From NCBI GenBank assembly GCA_963767925.1, contig CAVYGB010000008.1, forward strand, positions 32,001 to 96,000: a stretch of DNA of 64,000 nt, written 5' to 3'. This stretch comes from an uncultured delta proteobacterium (GTDB lineage Bacteria > Myxococcota_A > Polyangia > Fen-1088). How positions within the stretch are numbered: position 1 is the stretch's first letter; each line of letters starts with the position of its first letter. The notes below the pieces were generated by a model. The model was given only the letters and a program-made list of their open reading frames with translations. It did not search any database and was not told the origin of the DNA. Shown here piece by piece: positions 22,488-31,749 of this stretch. The position numbers were made by a program, and so were the translations under genes.

Positions 22488-23621
22488 ATGCGGTGTCTAG
22501 CTATGTCTCGTGGATGGTTCGCCACCGTGCTGGCGGTGCTGGCGGTGTCGGGGGCCGGTGGCTGCGACCCCTACGGAACCTTCGACGACCCGGACGAACG
22601 GCTGGGCCCGGTCGATCCGGTGCTGTTCCCGGCGGCCAACGTCGGGGTCGGCGGCGACCGCAAGCGCCCGGGCCGGGGCCGGTTCTCCGAGCTCACCGCC
22701 TACGTCGGCGACGCGGAGGTGGGCTACTTCTCCTACGCCCTGCCGACCTTGCCGGCGGGCAGCGATCCCCTGCGCGTGCTCGAGGACGGCAAGCCATACG
22801 ACCCGGTGCCCACGCCCCCGGTCTACGTGTTCGACGGCAACGGCGACTCCCCCTTCCCGGACGAGGACCGCTACCCCTGCCAGGCCCCGCCCGGCTACGC
22901 CTTCAACGCCCAGCGCGACGACGTTGACTACAGCAAGCAGGGGCCCGTGTTCTCCCGCCTGCCCGAGGCGACCTACGCCGAGGGGGCGCTGCCGGTGACC
23001 CGCTACGTGCCGTTGGTCGCCGAGGCCGGCATGGGCTCGAGCGGGATGCCCTGCCAGCAGATCAAGAGCACCAAGAAGATCAAGGAGGTCCTCGGGGAGA
23101 TGCCCGCCACGACGGGCCGCTACCTCGCCTGGCTGGTGATCGATCCCGCGGCGCCGGTTTACCCCCGCGACAACCCCACCGGCGTCCTGCCGATGGGCCG
23201 GATGCACCCCGGCGTCGGGTTGCAACGCTGGGGCTGGTACGGTCGCTACCTGCTCGCCTTCCTCGACGGCGGCTTCATCCCCACCGAGGAGGTGATGATC
23301 CCCGGTCCCGGCATCGACGTCCCCACGATGATCCCGGTGACCCGCCTCAAGCCCCAGCGGCTGTTCGTCCCCCGCCAGGTGCGCAGCGAGATGGGCGTGG
23401 CGGTCGGGCGGGCGGGGGCCGGCTACGATGTGCTCGAGTTCAAGCGGGGCGAACCCGGGTATTCGCCCCTCTGCCAGCTCTGGAACTACGGCGATCCGAC
23501 CATGCCCCAGGCGGCGCCCGATCTGCCGAAGCGGGCGGAGGCCATCTTGACCACGCCCGGCCTCAACGCCGCCGCGGCGACCCCCGCGTCTTACGTCTAT
23601 TGCCTGCAGGTGAGCCGATGA
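22488..23621 (+). CDS. hypothetical lipoprotein
   Basis: GAGGAGG RBS before ATG 22488; hydrophobic stretch ending AGGC-D; four further Cys; stop overlaps the next start (ATGA). Confidence 0.75.
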   Translation: MRCLAMSRGWFATVLAVLAVSGAGGCDPYGTFDDPDERLGPVDPVLFPAANVGVGGDRKRPGRGRFSELTAYVGDAEVGYFSYALPTLPAGSDPLRVLEDGKPYDPVPTPPVYVFDGNGDSPFPDEDRYPCQAPPGYAFNAQRDDVDYSKQGPVFSRLPEATYAEGALPVTRYVPLVAEAGMGSSGMPCQQIKSTKKIKEVLGEMPATTGRYLAWLVIDPAAPVYPRDNPTGVLPMGRMHPGVGLQRWGWYGRYLLAFLDGGFIPTEEVMIPGPGIDVPTMIPVTRLKPQRLFVPRQVRSEMGVAVGRAGAGYDVLEFKRGEPGYSPLCQLWNYGDPTMPQAAPDLPKRAEAILTTPGLNAAAATPASYVYCLQVSR

Positions 23622-26428
23622 AGCCGTCCCGCGGGCTCCCGTCCCTGCGCCAGGTGGGCCTCGGGCTCCTCTGCACGATCGCCTTCACCTCCCTCCCGGC
23701 CGGCCCGGCCGGCGCCGCCGGCGAGCAGTTCGGTCGGGTGCGCGGCGTGGTCACCGACGAGAACGGCGGTCCCCTGGTCGCGGTCACAATCGTCGCCACC
23801 AGCCCCAGCCTGATCGGCGAGCCCCGGGTCACCTTCAGCGACGATCGCGGCCGCTACGAGATCGTCAACCTGCCCCCCGGCAACTACACCCTCGACTTCT
23901 CCTACACCGGCCTGCGGGAGATGAAGCGCTCGGCCGTCGTCCGGCAGGGGGAGGCCCAGACCCTCAACGTGATCTATTCGCTGGTCACCACCGGAGTGGA
24001 GGCGGTCTCGGTCACCGAGAAGCGCTCCCTCACCCGCCCCGACTCGACCCACACCGGGTCGACCCGCGAGGCCGACGTCCTGGCCAAGCTGCCAACCGGT
24101 CGCTCCTACCAGACCGCCGCCCAGCAGGTGCCGGGAGTCAGCGGCGGCGCCAACCCCAACATCAAGGGGGGCCTGGCCGGCTCGAACCGCTACCTGCTCG
24201 ACGACATGGACATCACCGACCCGGTCACCGGCACCTTCACCAGCAACCAGACCTTCGAATCGATCCAGTCGGTCGAGATCCTCACGGGCGGCTTCGACGC
24301 CGAATACAACGCCCTCGGCGGGGTCATCAACATCATCCCCAAGGGGGGAGGAGACACCTTCCACGCCCTGGCCGCGGCCTACGTCAATCACTACCGCCTG
24401 TCGAGCCAGGGGAACCAGGGCCCCAACCTGTGGGAGGGGAGCCAGCCCTTCAACGTCACCGACGTGGGGCCCACCCAGCGCTACGAGGCCACCCTCAACG
24501 TCGGGGGGCCCATCATCAAGCGGAAGCTCTGGTACGGCCTGTCTTACCAGTACATCCACACGGCCGCCTCGCTGGCCAAGGGACCGCCGCTGGGGGTGGC
24601 TCCCTTCGACCTGCGCCACCCGACCCGCCGGTTCGTGGCCCACTACGCCCGGGCCCGGATCGACTTTGCCCCGGTGGCCCGCCACCGCTTCAAGCTCTCG
24701 CTCTTCACCGATCCCACGGTCATCGACAACACCGGGCAGAGCAACAACTACCTCGGGGCGGCGGAGAGCCACCAGGACCAGGGCGGCCAGTTCGGCTCGC
24801 TCCGCTACGACTGGCTCGCCACCGACAACCTGACCGCCAGCCTCATGCTGGGGCTCAACCTGCGCAGCCTGGCCAACGGGCCCCAGGGGCGCTTCGGCAA
24901 GGTCGACACCGCCGGCTGCGATCGGTTCTCCTCGGTCAACTGCACCTGGGATCCCAACCGCCCCCGGCGCATCAACGCGGCCGACGGCACCTCCTGGTAC
25001 CAGGGGCCGACCTACCTGGTGCACAAGCGCAACCGGGTCCAGGTCGATCCCTCGGTCTCGCTGCGCGGGTCGTTCCTCGGCCGCCACAGCGCCAAGATCG
25101 GCATCCAGGGGCAATACGTCTGGCGCTACCGGCTGGAGGAGACCCCCGGCGGCAGCGTCTTCACCGACACCCCCCCCGCGGGCGCGCTGCTCGAGGGCGG
25201 CCTGTGCAACCCCGCCACCGGGGTGGGCTGCGACCGCCGCACCGACCTGCCCAGCTTCGTGACCCGGCAGCGGGGCTTCGCCGCCGGCCTGTTCCTTCAG
25301 GACCACTGGTGGACCTCGCTGCAGTGGCTGACCGTCAATCCGGGCATCCGCTTCGACTGGGGGTCCACCTTCAACCGCAACGGCGATCGGGTGACGAACC
25401 TGTTCGGCATCGGCCCCCGCCTGGGGTTGACCGCCGACCTGACCCGCGATGGGCGCAACATCCTGTTCGCGTACTACGGCCGGGCTACCAACGCCCTGCC
25501 GCTCGACGTGGTGGCCGCGGTCGACGACGCCGAGGCGGGCGGCAGCAAGGTTTACCAGTGGGACCCGATGACCCGCGACTACTCGACGATGATCCAGCAG
25601 ACCGGCGGGCCGGGTGGGGCGCTGGTCGACCAGAAGGCGAAGATGCCCCGGGCCGACGAGCTCACGGCGGGCGCCCGCCGCGAGTTCCTCCCTGGCAGCG
25701 TGGTGGGCCTCGAGCTGACCTGGAAGCGCTTCTCCAACGAGTGGGACACCATCGAGCAGAACCGGATCTGGGATCCCAGCGGCCTGCGGGTCATCGACTA
25801 CATCGACCGGGAGCAGTGGGGGCGGGCCATCTCCTTGCAGACCACGCCGGGCAACGTGCGCACCTACCAGGGGGTGATCTTCTCCTCGGAGGGGCGGCCC
25901 ACCGAGAAGCTCGACTACCACGTCAGCCACACCCTCTCCTGGAACCACTTCCGGGCGCCGATGACCAGCAACCCCCGGCAGGCCCTGTTCAACCAGGGCT
26001 GGTCGGCCGGCGACATCCGCCACTTTACCCGCCTCTACGCCGCCTATTCCCTGCTGCGCCGGGTGAACCTGGGGGCGGCTTTTCTCTACCGGACCGGCGA
26101 TCCCAGCACGAAGGGCTTTTACAGCCGGGAGTTCAACGCCCGCTCCCTGTCCCGCTCCCCCAGCGGGACGGTGCCCACCGTGCCCAACGACCCCAACGGC
26201 ATCTCCGAGCTGCGCAGTCCGGCCTTGACCCAGCTCGACCTCAAGCTGATCGCCAACCTGCTCCCCGCCGGCGCCGAGCAGAGCCTCAACATCGTCGTGG
26301 ACGTCTTCAACGCCCTCGACAGCCGGACCCCGACCGGCTTCGTGGCCACCGATCTGGCCACCTTCGGGCAGATCACCGCCCGCCAGGATCCGCTGCGCGT
26401 GCAGGTGGGCCTCACCTACGCGTATTGA
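23618..26428 (+). CDS. TonB-dependent receptor, Oar-like, with carboxypeptidase-regulatory-like N-terminal domain
   Basis: GVVTDENGGPL..VTI..GRYEIVNLPPGNY, LPTGRSYQ, TGGFDAEY..GGVINII, GGPIIKRKLW, DVFNALD; C-terminal aromatic strand VGLTYAY. Confidence 0.9.
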   Translation: MKPSRGLPSLRQVGLGLLCTIAFTSLPAGPAGAAGEQFGRVRGVVTDENGGPLVAVTIVATSPSLIGEPRVTFSDDRGRYEIVNLPPGNYTLDFSYTGLREMKRSAVVRQGEAQTLNVIYSLVTTGVEAVSVTEKRSLTRPDSTHTGSTREADVLAKLPTGRSYQTAAQQVPGVSGGANPNIKGGLAGSNRYLLDDMDITDPVTGTFTSNQTFESIQSVEILTGGFDAEYNALGGVINIIPKGGGDTFHALAAAYVNHYRLSSQGNQGPNLWEGSQPFNVTDVGPTQRYEATLNVGGPIIKRKLWYGLSYQYIHTAASLAKGPPLGVAPFDLRHPTRRFVAHYARARIDFAPVARHRFKLSLFTDPTVIDNTGQSNNYLGAAESHQDQGGQFGSLRYDWLATDNLTASLMLGLNLRSLANGPQGRFGKVDTAGCDRFSSVNCTWDPNRPRRINAADGTSWYQGPTYLVHKRNRVQVDPSVSLRGSFLGRHSAKIGIQGQYVWRYRLEETPGGSVFTDTPPAGALLEGGLCNPATGVGCDRRTDLPSFVTRQRGFAAGLFLQDHWWTSLQWLTVNPGIRFDWGSTFNRNGDRVTNLFGIGPRLGLTADLTRDGRNILFAYYGRATNALPLDVVAAVDDAEAGGSKVYQWDPMTRDYSTMIQQTGGPGGALVDQKAKMPRADELTAGARREFLPGSVVGLELTWKRFSNEWDTIEQNRIWDPSGLRVIDYIDREQWGRAISLQTTPGNVRTYQGVIFSSEGRPTEKLDYHVSHTLSWNHFRAPMTSNPRQALFNQGWSAGDIRHFTRLYAAYSLLRRVNLGAAFLYRTGDPSTKGFYSREFNARSLSRSPSGTVPTVPNDPNGISELRSPALTQLDLKLIANLLPAGAEQSLNIVVDVFNALDSRTPTGFVATDLATFGQITARQDPLRVQVGLTYAY

Positions 26429-26537
26429 CCGCGCGGCGTCGGGCGGCAGATTCCTCCGGGAGGTAGGGGCGTACCTCCTCCCGGGGGCCAGGTGATCCCG
26501 GCGGCGCTGCTCCGGGCCGGCTGCTATCTGTACCACC

Positions 26538-27809
26538 ATGGCGAGAGCGCCGGCCGAAGCCGTCCATCGGGTCCTCCCCGTCGAGGGGGGCGTGCCCCTC
26601 AAGGCCTGGATCGAAGGCGTGCCCTTCGAGCCGGAGGCGCAGGCCCAGCTCGAGCGCCTGGCCCGCTTGCCCATCCTCCACCGCCACGTGGCGGTGATGC
26701 CCGACGTGCACCTGGGCAAGGGCGCCACCGTGGGCAGCGTGCTGGCCACCCGGCAGGCCATCATCCCGGCCGCCGTGGGGGTGGACATCGGCTGCGGCAT
26801 GACCGCCGTGCGCACGAGCGCCCGGGCCGAGAACCTGCCCGACGACCTACGCGCCGTCCGGCGGGCGATCGAGGTGGCGGTGCCCCACGGCCGCACCAAC
26901 CACGGTGGCCCCGGCGATCGCGGAGCCTGGAAGAATTTGCCCCCGGCGGTCTCCGCCGCCTGGTCCAGGCTCGACAGCGGCTACCAGCGCATCATCGCCC
27001 GCCACCCGAAGCTCGACCGCGGGGCCCACGCCCAGCAGCTCGGGACCCTCGGCACCGGGAACCACTTCATCGAGGTATGCATCGGCTCGCCCGCTGCCGG
27101 AGTGGCGCGCCCGGACCAGCCGGAGCAGGTCTGGATCCTGCTCCACAGCGGCTCGCGGGGGGTCGGCAACCGGATAGGCACCCACTTCATCGAGCTGGCG
27201 AAGGCGGACATGGGGCGGCTGCTCGGTAACCTGCCCGACCATGACCTGGCCTATCTGTCGGAGGGGACCGCGCACTTCGACGAATACGTCGAGGCCGTCC
27301 ACTGGGCCCAGGACTACGCCCGCATCAACCGGCAGCTCATGATGGCGGCGGTGCTGGAGGCTCTGCGGCGCAGCGGGATCCTCCCGGCGATCGAGGCCGA
27401 GCTGGAGGTGATCGACTGCCACCACAACTACGTGGCCCGCGAGCGCCACTTCGGCGAGGAGGTGCTGGTGACCCGCAAGGGCGCGGTCCGCGCCCGCCGG
27501 GGCGACCTCGGCATCATCCCGGGGAGCATGGGCGCCCGCTCGTTCATCGTGCGGGGGCTCGGCAACCCCCAGAGCTTCGAGAGCTGCAGCCACGGGGCGG
27601 GGCGGGCGATGTCGCGGGGCGAGGCGCGACGGCGCTTCACCCTGGAAGACCACGCCGCCGCCACCCGGGCGGTGGAGTGCCGCAAGGACGCCGAGGTGAT
27701 CGACGAGACGCCCGGGGCCTACAAGTCCATAGATCTGGTCATGCACGCGCAGCGGGATCTGGTGGAGGTGGCCTACACGCTCCGACAGGTGGTCTGCGTG
27801 AAGGGCTGA
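26538..27809 (+). CDS. rtcB: RtcB family RNA ligase
   Basis: MPDVHLGKGATVG, VGVDIGCG, GTGNHFIE, HSGSRG, HHNY, RKGA, IPGSMG, HGAGR, DETPGAYK. Confidence 0.95.
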   Translation: MARAPAEAVHRVLPVEGGVPLKAWIEGVPFEPEAQAQLERLARLPILHRHVAVMPDVHLGKGATVGSVLATRQAIIPAAVGVDIGCGMTAVRTSARAENLPDDLRAVRRAIEVAVPHGRTNHGGPGDRGAWKNLPPAVSAAWSRLDSGYQRIIARHPKLDRGAHAQQLGTLGTGNHFIEVCIGSPAAGVARPDQPEQVWILLHSGSRGVGNRIGTHFIELAKADMGRLLGNLPDHDLAYLSEGTAHFDEYVEAVHWAQDYARINRQLMMAAVLEALRRSGILPAIEAELEVIDCHHNYVARERHFGEEVLVTRKGAVRARRGDLGIIPGSMGARSFIVRGLGNPQSFESCSHGAGRAMSRGEARRRFTLEDHAAATRAVECRKDAEVIDETPGAYKSIDLVMHAQRDLVEVAYTLRQVVCVKG

Positions 27810-27903
27810 GCCGGGGCCCTCCCAGCCCGGGTGGTCGGCCTCTGGTAAAATTGAGCGAGGGGCGATCGAATGACCGCTGGCCGGGTCGGCGGGGAAGGCG
27901 CGC

Positions 27904-28398
27904 ATGCAGTTGCAGGATTGGCTGACCGAGTTTTGCAAGCTGCACGAGCGGGCCCACCAGGGGACCTTGACGCCGGTCGAGCAGGGCGAATACCTGGCCG
28001 GGCGTGCCGAGCTGGCCCGGGCGGTGCTGAGGGCCCAGCGGGTGGGGCTCAAGCCCGGGCAGCGGCCGCGCCAGAGCCTGCGGGCCGCCCTGGCCCTGCA
28101 GGTGGTGCTGCAACTGCCGGCGGGCCGGGTGCAGACCTTGACCCAGGACATCTCCGCCGGTGGGTTCTCGGTGATCCTGTCGACCCTCCCCAGCCCCGGG
28201 CAGATGGTCTCCTTCGTGCTGCGGCTGGCGCGGGAAGGGGCCCCCATCGACGGGCAGGCCCGGGTGGTGGGCACCGATCCCGGGCGCAACGGCTTGCGCG
28301 TGGCGTTCGCCTACGAGGGTCTCTCGGAGGAGGCGGTCGAGCGCATCGAGCTGACCGTGTTCGATTCGCTGGTCGCCCAGCTCACCGTCAAGGGTTGA
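27904..28398 (+). CDS. PilZ domain protein
   Basis: RQSLR (RxxxR) and DISAGG (DxSxxG) c-di-GMP-binding motifs, with an N-terminal helical extension. Confidence 0.85.
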   Translation: MQLQDWLTEFCKLHERAHQGTLTPVEQGEYLAGRAELARAVLRAQRVGLKPGQRPRQSLRAALALQVVLQLPAGRVQTLTQDISAGGFSVILSTLPSPGQMVSFVLRLAREGAPIDGQARVVGTDPGRNGLRVAFAYEGLSEEAVERIELTVFDSLVAQLTVKG

Positions 28399-28417
28399 GG
28401 GGCGTTATACTGCCTAC

Positions 28418-29185
28418 ATGGGCATCGTCCTCAAGAGCAGCCGCGAGATCGCCAAGATGCGTGAGGCGGGCAAGATCGTGCACGCCGTCCTCGACGCGGT
28501 GGAGGCAGCCTGCCGTCCCGGCGTGTCCACCCTGGAGCTGGCCCGCATCGCCGAGCAGGTGCTCACCCGGGCGGGGGCCCGCTCCGCCTTCAAGGGGTAC
28601 CGGCCCCGCGGCCAGCCGCCATATCCCTCGGTGCTGTGCACCTCGGTCAACGAGGTGGTGGTCCACGGCATTCCCCGCCGCAACGTGGTCCTCGCCGAGG
28701 GGGACATCGTCGGGATCGACTTCGCCTGCTTCAAGGACGACTACTGCGCGGACGCCGCGCGCACCATCGCCGTCGGGGTGATCAGCGATCCCATCCGCGA
28801 CCTGCTCGCCACCACCCGCGAGACCCTCGAGCGGGCCATCGCCTGCTGCGTGCCGGGCGGGCGGCTGGAGGACGCGGGCGCGGCGGTGCAGGGGCTGGCC
28901 GAGTCGCGCGGCTATTCGGTGGTGCGCGAGCTGGTGGGCCACGGCATCGGACGCGCCATGCACGAGCCACCCGAGGTCCGCAACTACGGCAAGGCCGGCC
29001 GCGGCCTGCGCCTGGTGCCCGGCCTGGTCATCGCCATCGAGCCGATGCTCAACGCCGGCGGGCCGGGCGTGCGCACGCTCGGCGACGGCTGGACCATCGT
29101 CACGACCGACGGCAGCCACTCGGCCCACTTCGAGCACACCGTCGCCATCACCGAAGACGGCCCCCAGATCCTGACCGTCGCCTGA
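28418..29185 (+). CDS. map: type I methionine aminopeptidase
   Basis: CTSVNEVVVHGIP, GDIVGID, DAART, GHGIG..MHEPP, AIEPM, SAHFEHT. Confidence 0.95.
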   Translation: MGIVLKSSREIAKMREAGKIVHAVLDAVEAACRPGVSTLELARIAEQVLTRAGARSAFKGYRPRGQPPYPSVLCTSVNEVVVHGIPRRNVVLAEGDIVGIDFACFKDDYCADAARTIAVGVISDPIRDLLATTRETLERAIACCVPGGRLEDAGAAVQGLAESRGYSVVRELVGHGIGRAMHEPPEVRNYGKAGRGLRLVPGLVIAIEPMLNAGGPGVRTLGDGWTIVTTDGSHSAHFEHTVAITEDGPQILTVA

Positions 29186-29257
29186 CCGCTCGCGCCGCTC
29201 GGAAGCGACCCGGCCGGCGCTGCCCCTGCCGGCACCGCCCTTGCTTTGCCATCCGGT

Positions 29258-29878
29258 ATGAACAAGGACCCGGGCGACGGCTATCACTCCCGCACCGCCG
29301 AAAAGGAGACCGAGCACACCCTGTCGCTCGTGGCGCCGCACCTGGGCGGCTCCCTGCTCGACGTCGGCTGCGGGGCGGGCTACGTCGCCTGGCAGATCGC
29401 CGAGCGCTTCGGCGGCGAGGTGCACGCCGTCGACGTGGGGGACTTCCGCCGGGTGCCGCTCCCCCGCTTCTCCCGGTTCGACGGCCTGCGCCTGCCCTTC
29501 GCCGACGGATCGGTCGACGTGGTGTTGCTCTCCTTCGTGCTCCACCACATCCCCGACGTCTACAAGCCGGCGCTGCTGGCCGAGGCGCAGCGGGTGGCCC
29601 GCCACAAGGTGCTCGTGCTCGAGGACACCCCGCGCAGCCTGCTCGATCGCCTGTTCAGCGTCGGGCACGGCCTGCGCTTCCGGCGGCGCGTCGGCTCGCG
29701 CGAGGCCTTCGGCTTTCTGACCGCCTCCGAGTGGACCCGCTTGTTCCAGCGCATGGGCTGGCGGGCGCAGCACCTGCCCCTGTCACGCTGGTGCCGGTCG
29801 TTCTGGCAGCCCTTCGCCCGCTCGTTCTTCGTGCTCACGCCGGCCGGGCCGGCCGATTTCCCCCGCCCCCCGCGGTGA
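29258..29878 (+). CDS. class I SAM-dependent methyltransferase
   Basis: LLDVGCGAG, LPFADGSVDVV, VLHH. Confidence 0.88.
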   Translation: MNKDPGDGYHSRTAEKETEHTLSLVAPHLGGSLLDVGCGAGYVAWQIAERFGGEVHAVDVGDFRRVPLPRFSRFDGLRLPFADGSVDVVLLSFVLHHIPDVYKPALLAEAQRVARHKVLVLEDTPRSLLDRLFSVGHGLRFRRRVGSREAFGFLTASEWTRLFQRMGWRAQHLPLSRWCRSFWQPFARSFFVLTPAGPADFPRPPR

Positions 29879-30131
29879 GTTTTCGACGGCCGTCGCGCCA
29901 CCCCTGTTCCGTGGTGTGAGCTGTCGGGCGGAGTGATCCAGGGTGGGGAAAGGGGCGACTTCGGACGATCAGGGCCGGAGCGCTGGCCGGGCCCGAGCGC
30001 TGGCGAGGTACCTGGGCTAGCAGCGTCCGGACGACATTGACGATCGGGGCGCCCGGCGCACCTTGCGGGAGGTACGTCCCGCGCCGGCCCGGAAGTGCGG
30101 CCGCCGATGGGCGACAGGGGGGAGGCGGGGA

Positions 30132-30467
30132 ATGACCTGTGACGTGAGCGCCGAGGGCGATGCGGTCCGTATCTCGCTGGCGGGGGCGCTGGACGCCCTC
30201 ACCACATCGGCCTTGAAGGGTTGCCTCGGTGGGCTCGGGGCCGAGGCATGCAAGCGCGTGATCCTCGACCTCTCGCAGCTCCGCCTGCTCGATGGCCGGG
30301 GGGTGTTCACCATCGTCGAGCTGTGCAAGACGGTGCGCAGCCTGGGGGGGGACCTGTTCCTGCGCGGCCTGCAGGGCCAGCCGCTGGCGCTGTTCCAGCT
30401 CCTCCGGCTCGATCGCCTGCTGAGCGGGCCGGCCAGTCAGCAGGCCTTCAACGAGCTCGTTGCTTGA
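30132..30467 (+). CDS. STAS domain protein (anti-sigma antagonist-like)
   Basis: LAGALDA, VILDLSQLRLLDGRGV, QPLALFQLLRLD; GGAGG upstream. Confidence 0.8.
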   Translation: MTCDVSAEGDAVRISLAGALDALTTSALKGCLGGLGAEACKRVILDLSQLRLLDGRGVFTIVELCKTVRSLGGDLFLRGLQGQPLALFQLLRLDRLLSGPASQQAFNELVA

Positions 30468-30550
30468 TTTAACGGGAACGACATTTACGAGAAAATCTAC
30501 TCTCGATGGCGAACCCGGCGTTTCCATCACGTTTATAGATTTTTCCCAAC

Positions 30551-30669
30551 GGTCAGTAATCCCCGTATTCAGGACCTCGCCCTTGAACCGCTAGAGACAC
30601 TCGACCAGCCGGGGGGTATACGAGCATCCGCATCGTTTGCGTCGTCTCCGGGGGGAAAAGAGGTACGCC
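30551..30669 (+). promoter_or_regulatory. conserved upstream element, copy 1 (shared with 35871-35991)
   Basis: Colinear blocks GGTCAGT, GTAwTCmGG, TTGA, AGACA-N17-TATAcG and CGTCTCCrGGGGGAAAAGAGGT. Confidence 0.6.
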
Positions 30670-31746
30670 ATGCGAATTGCTCTGGTCACCAGTCAGCCGG
30701 TATTTGCGATGGGGCTCAGGAGTTTGGTCGGTTCGACCGAAGATCTCACGCTGGTTGCAGAGGCCGGCGATGCGCGCGCTGGCTTCGGAGCGATCGACGC
30801 CCACAAACCAGAAGTCCTGGTCATGGACGTCTCGTTGCCGGGAATGAACGGGATACATGCCTTGCCTGAGGTGCGCCGGCGGGCCGGCAGGACCCGGGTG
30901 TTGCTGGTCGCCGATTGGGCCCGGGAGCGCGACGTCCTGGAGGCGCTGTCCGGCGGCGCGCTGGGGTTTGCCTCCAAGAACGACGGACCGCAGGAGCTGC
31001 TCGAGGCGATCCGCGCCGTGGGGCACGGACAGACCTATGTCGCGCCGGCCTTCCGGCGCTTCATGGCGCTCGAGCCGGCCCGGATGGCCCGCGGTCAGCG
31101 GGTGCTGGAGGGGGACGTCCTGCACGTCCTTTCGCCCCGGGAGCGAGAGGTGCTGGACCTGGTCGTCCGGGGCTGGCGAAATCGGGCCATTGCCCGGGAG
31201 CTGTGCGTGTCGATCAAGACCGTCGACACCCACCGCACGCGCATCAACCGGAAGCTCGGCTGCAACGGTGCCTCGGAGCTGATCCGCTTCGCCGCCGAGA
31301 ACGACCTCATCCGGCGTCCACCCAGCATGCGCACGGCCCGGCCCGAGCGGGTCCTCCTGCTGATGATGGACGACGATCCCCAGGTGCGGGCCCAGATCTG
31401 CCGGGAGGTGGTGGGGGATGGGGCCCGCCAGATCCGGGCCTCCGATCTGGGCAAGGCCCTCGCCGAGCTGCACGCTGGCCCGACGCCCTCTCTGCTGGTC
31501 ATGGATGGGGGCGGGGCCCAGGCTGGTGCGGCCGACGTGTACCGCCACCTGATGAGCGACGACCCTCGCCTGGCCCAGATGCCGGTGATGGCGGTGTTCG
31601 AGAACACGGGGCGCTTGCCAGCAGTGCGGGCTGCCGCCTCGCTGCCCCAGCCCGTGGGCAACGATCGGCTGGTGACCGCGATCGAGCGGGCGGCCAGCTA
31701 CCCGGCGCCGCTCCCGGCGGCCGAGGCGGCGAACGCCGTGACCTGA
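30670..31746 (+). CDS. atypical NarL/LuxR response regulator with an extra C-terminal receiver-like domain
   Basis: REC-like N-terminus (MDVSLPGMNG); LSPREREVL...SIKTVDTHRTRINRKL HTH; then LLMMDDDPQVR receiver-like domain. Confidence 0.88.
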   Translation: MRIALVTSQPVFAMGLRSLVGSTEDLTLVAEAGDARAGFGAIDAHKPEVLVMDVSLPGMNGIHALPEVRRRAGRTRVLLVADWARERDVLEALSGGALGFASKNDGPQELLEAIRAVGHGQTYVAPAFRRFMALEPARMARGQRVLEGDVLHVLSPREREVLDLVVRGWRNRAIARELCVSIKTVDTHRTRINRKLGCNGASELIRFAAENDLIRRPPSMRTARPERVLLLMMDDDPQVRAQICREVVGDGARQIRASDLGKALAELHAGPTPSLLVMDGGGAQAGAADVYRHLMSDDPRLAQMPVMAVFENTGRLPAVRAAASLPQPVGNDRLVTAIERAASYPAPLPAAEAANAVT

Positions 31747-31749
31747 TCG

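Noticed and set aside
23597..26899. long antisense ORFs (also 5415-7616, 38089-41574, 41363-44743, 50586-53222)
   Set aside because: These are typical high-GC shadow ORFs opposite well-supported genes, with no recognisable motifs.
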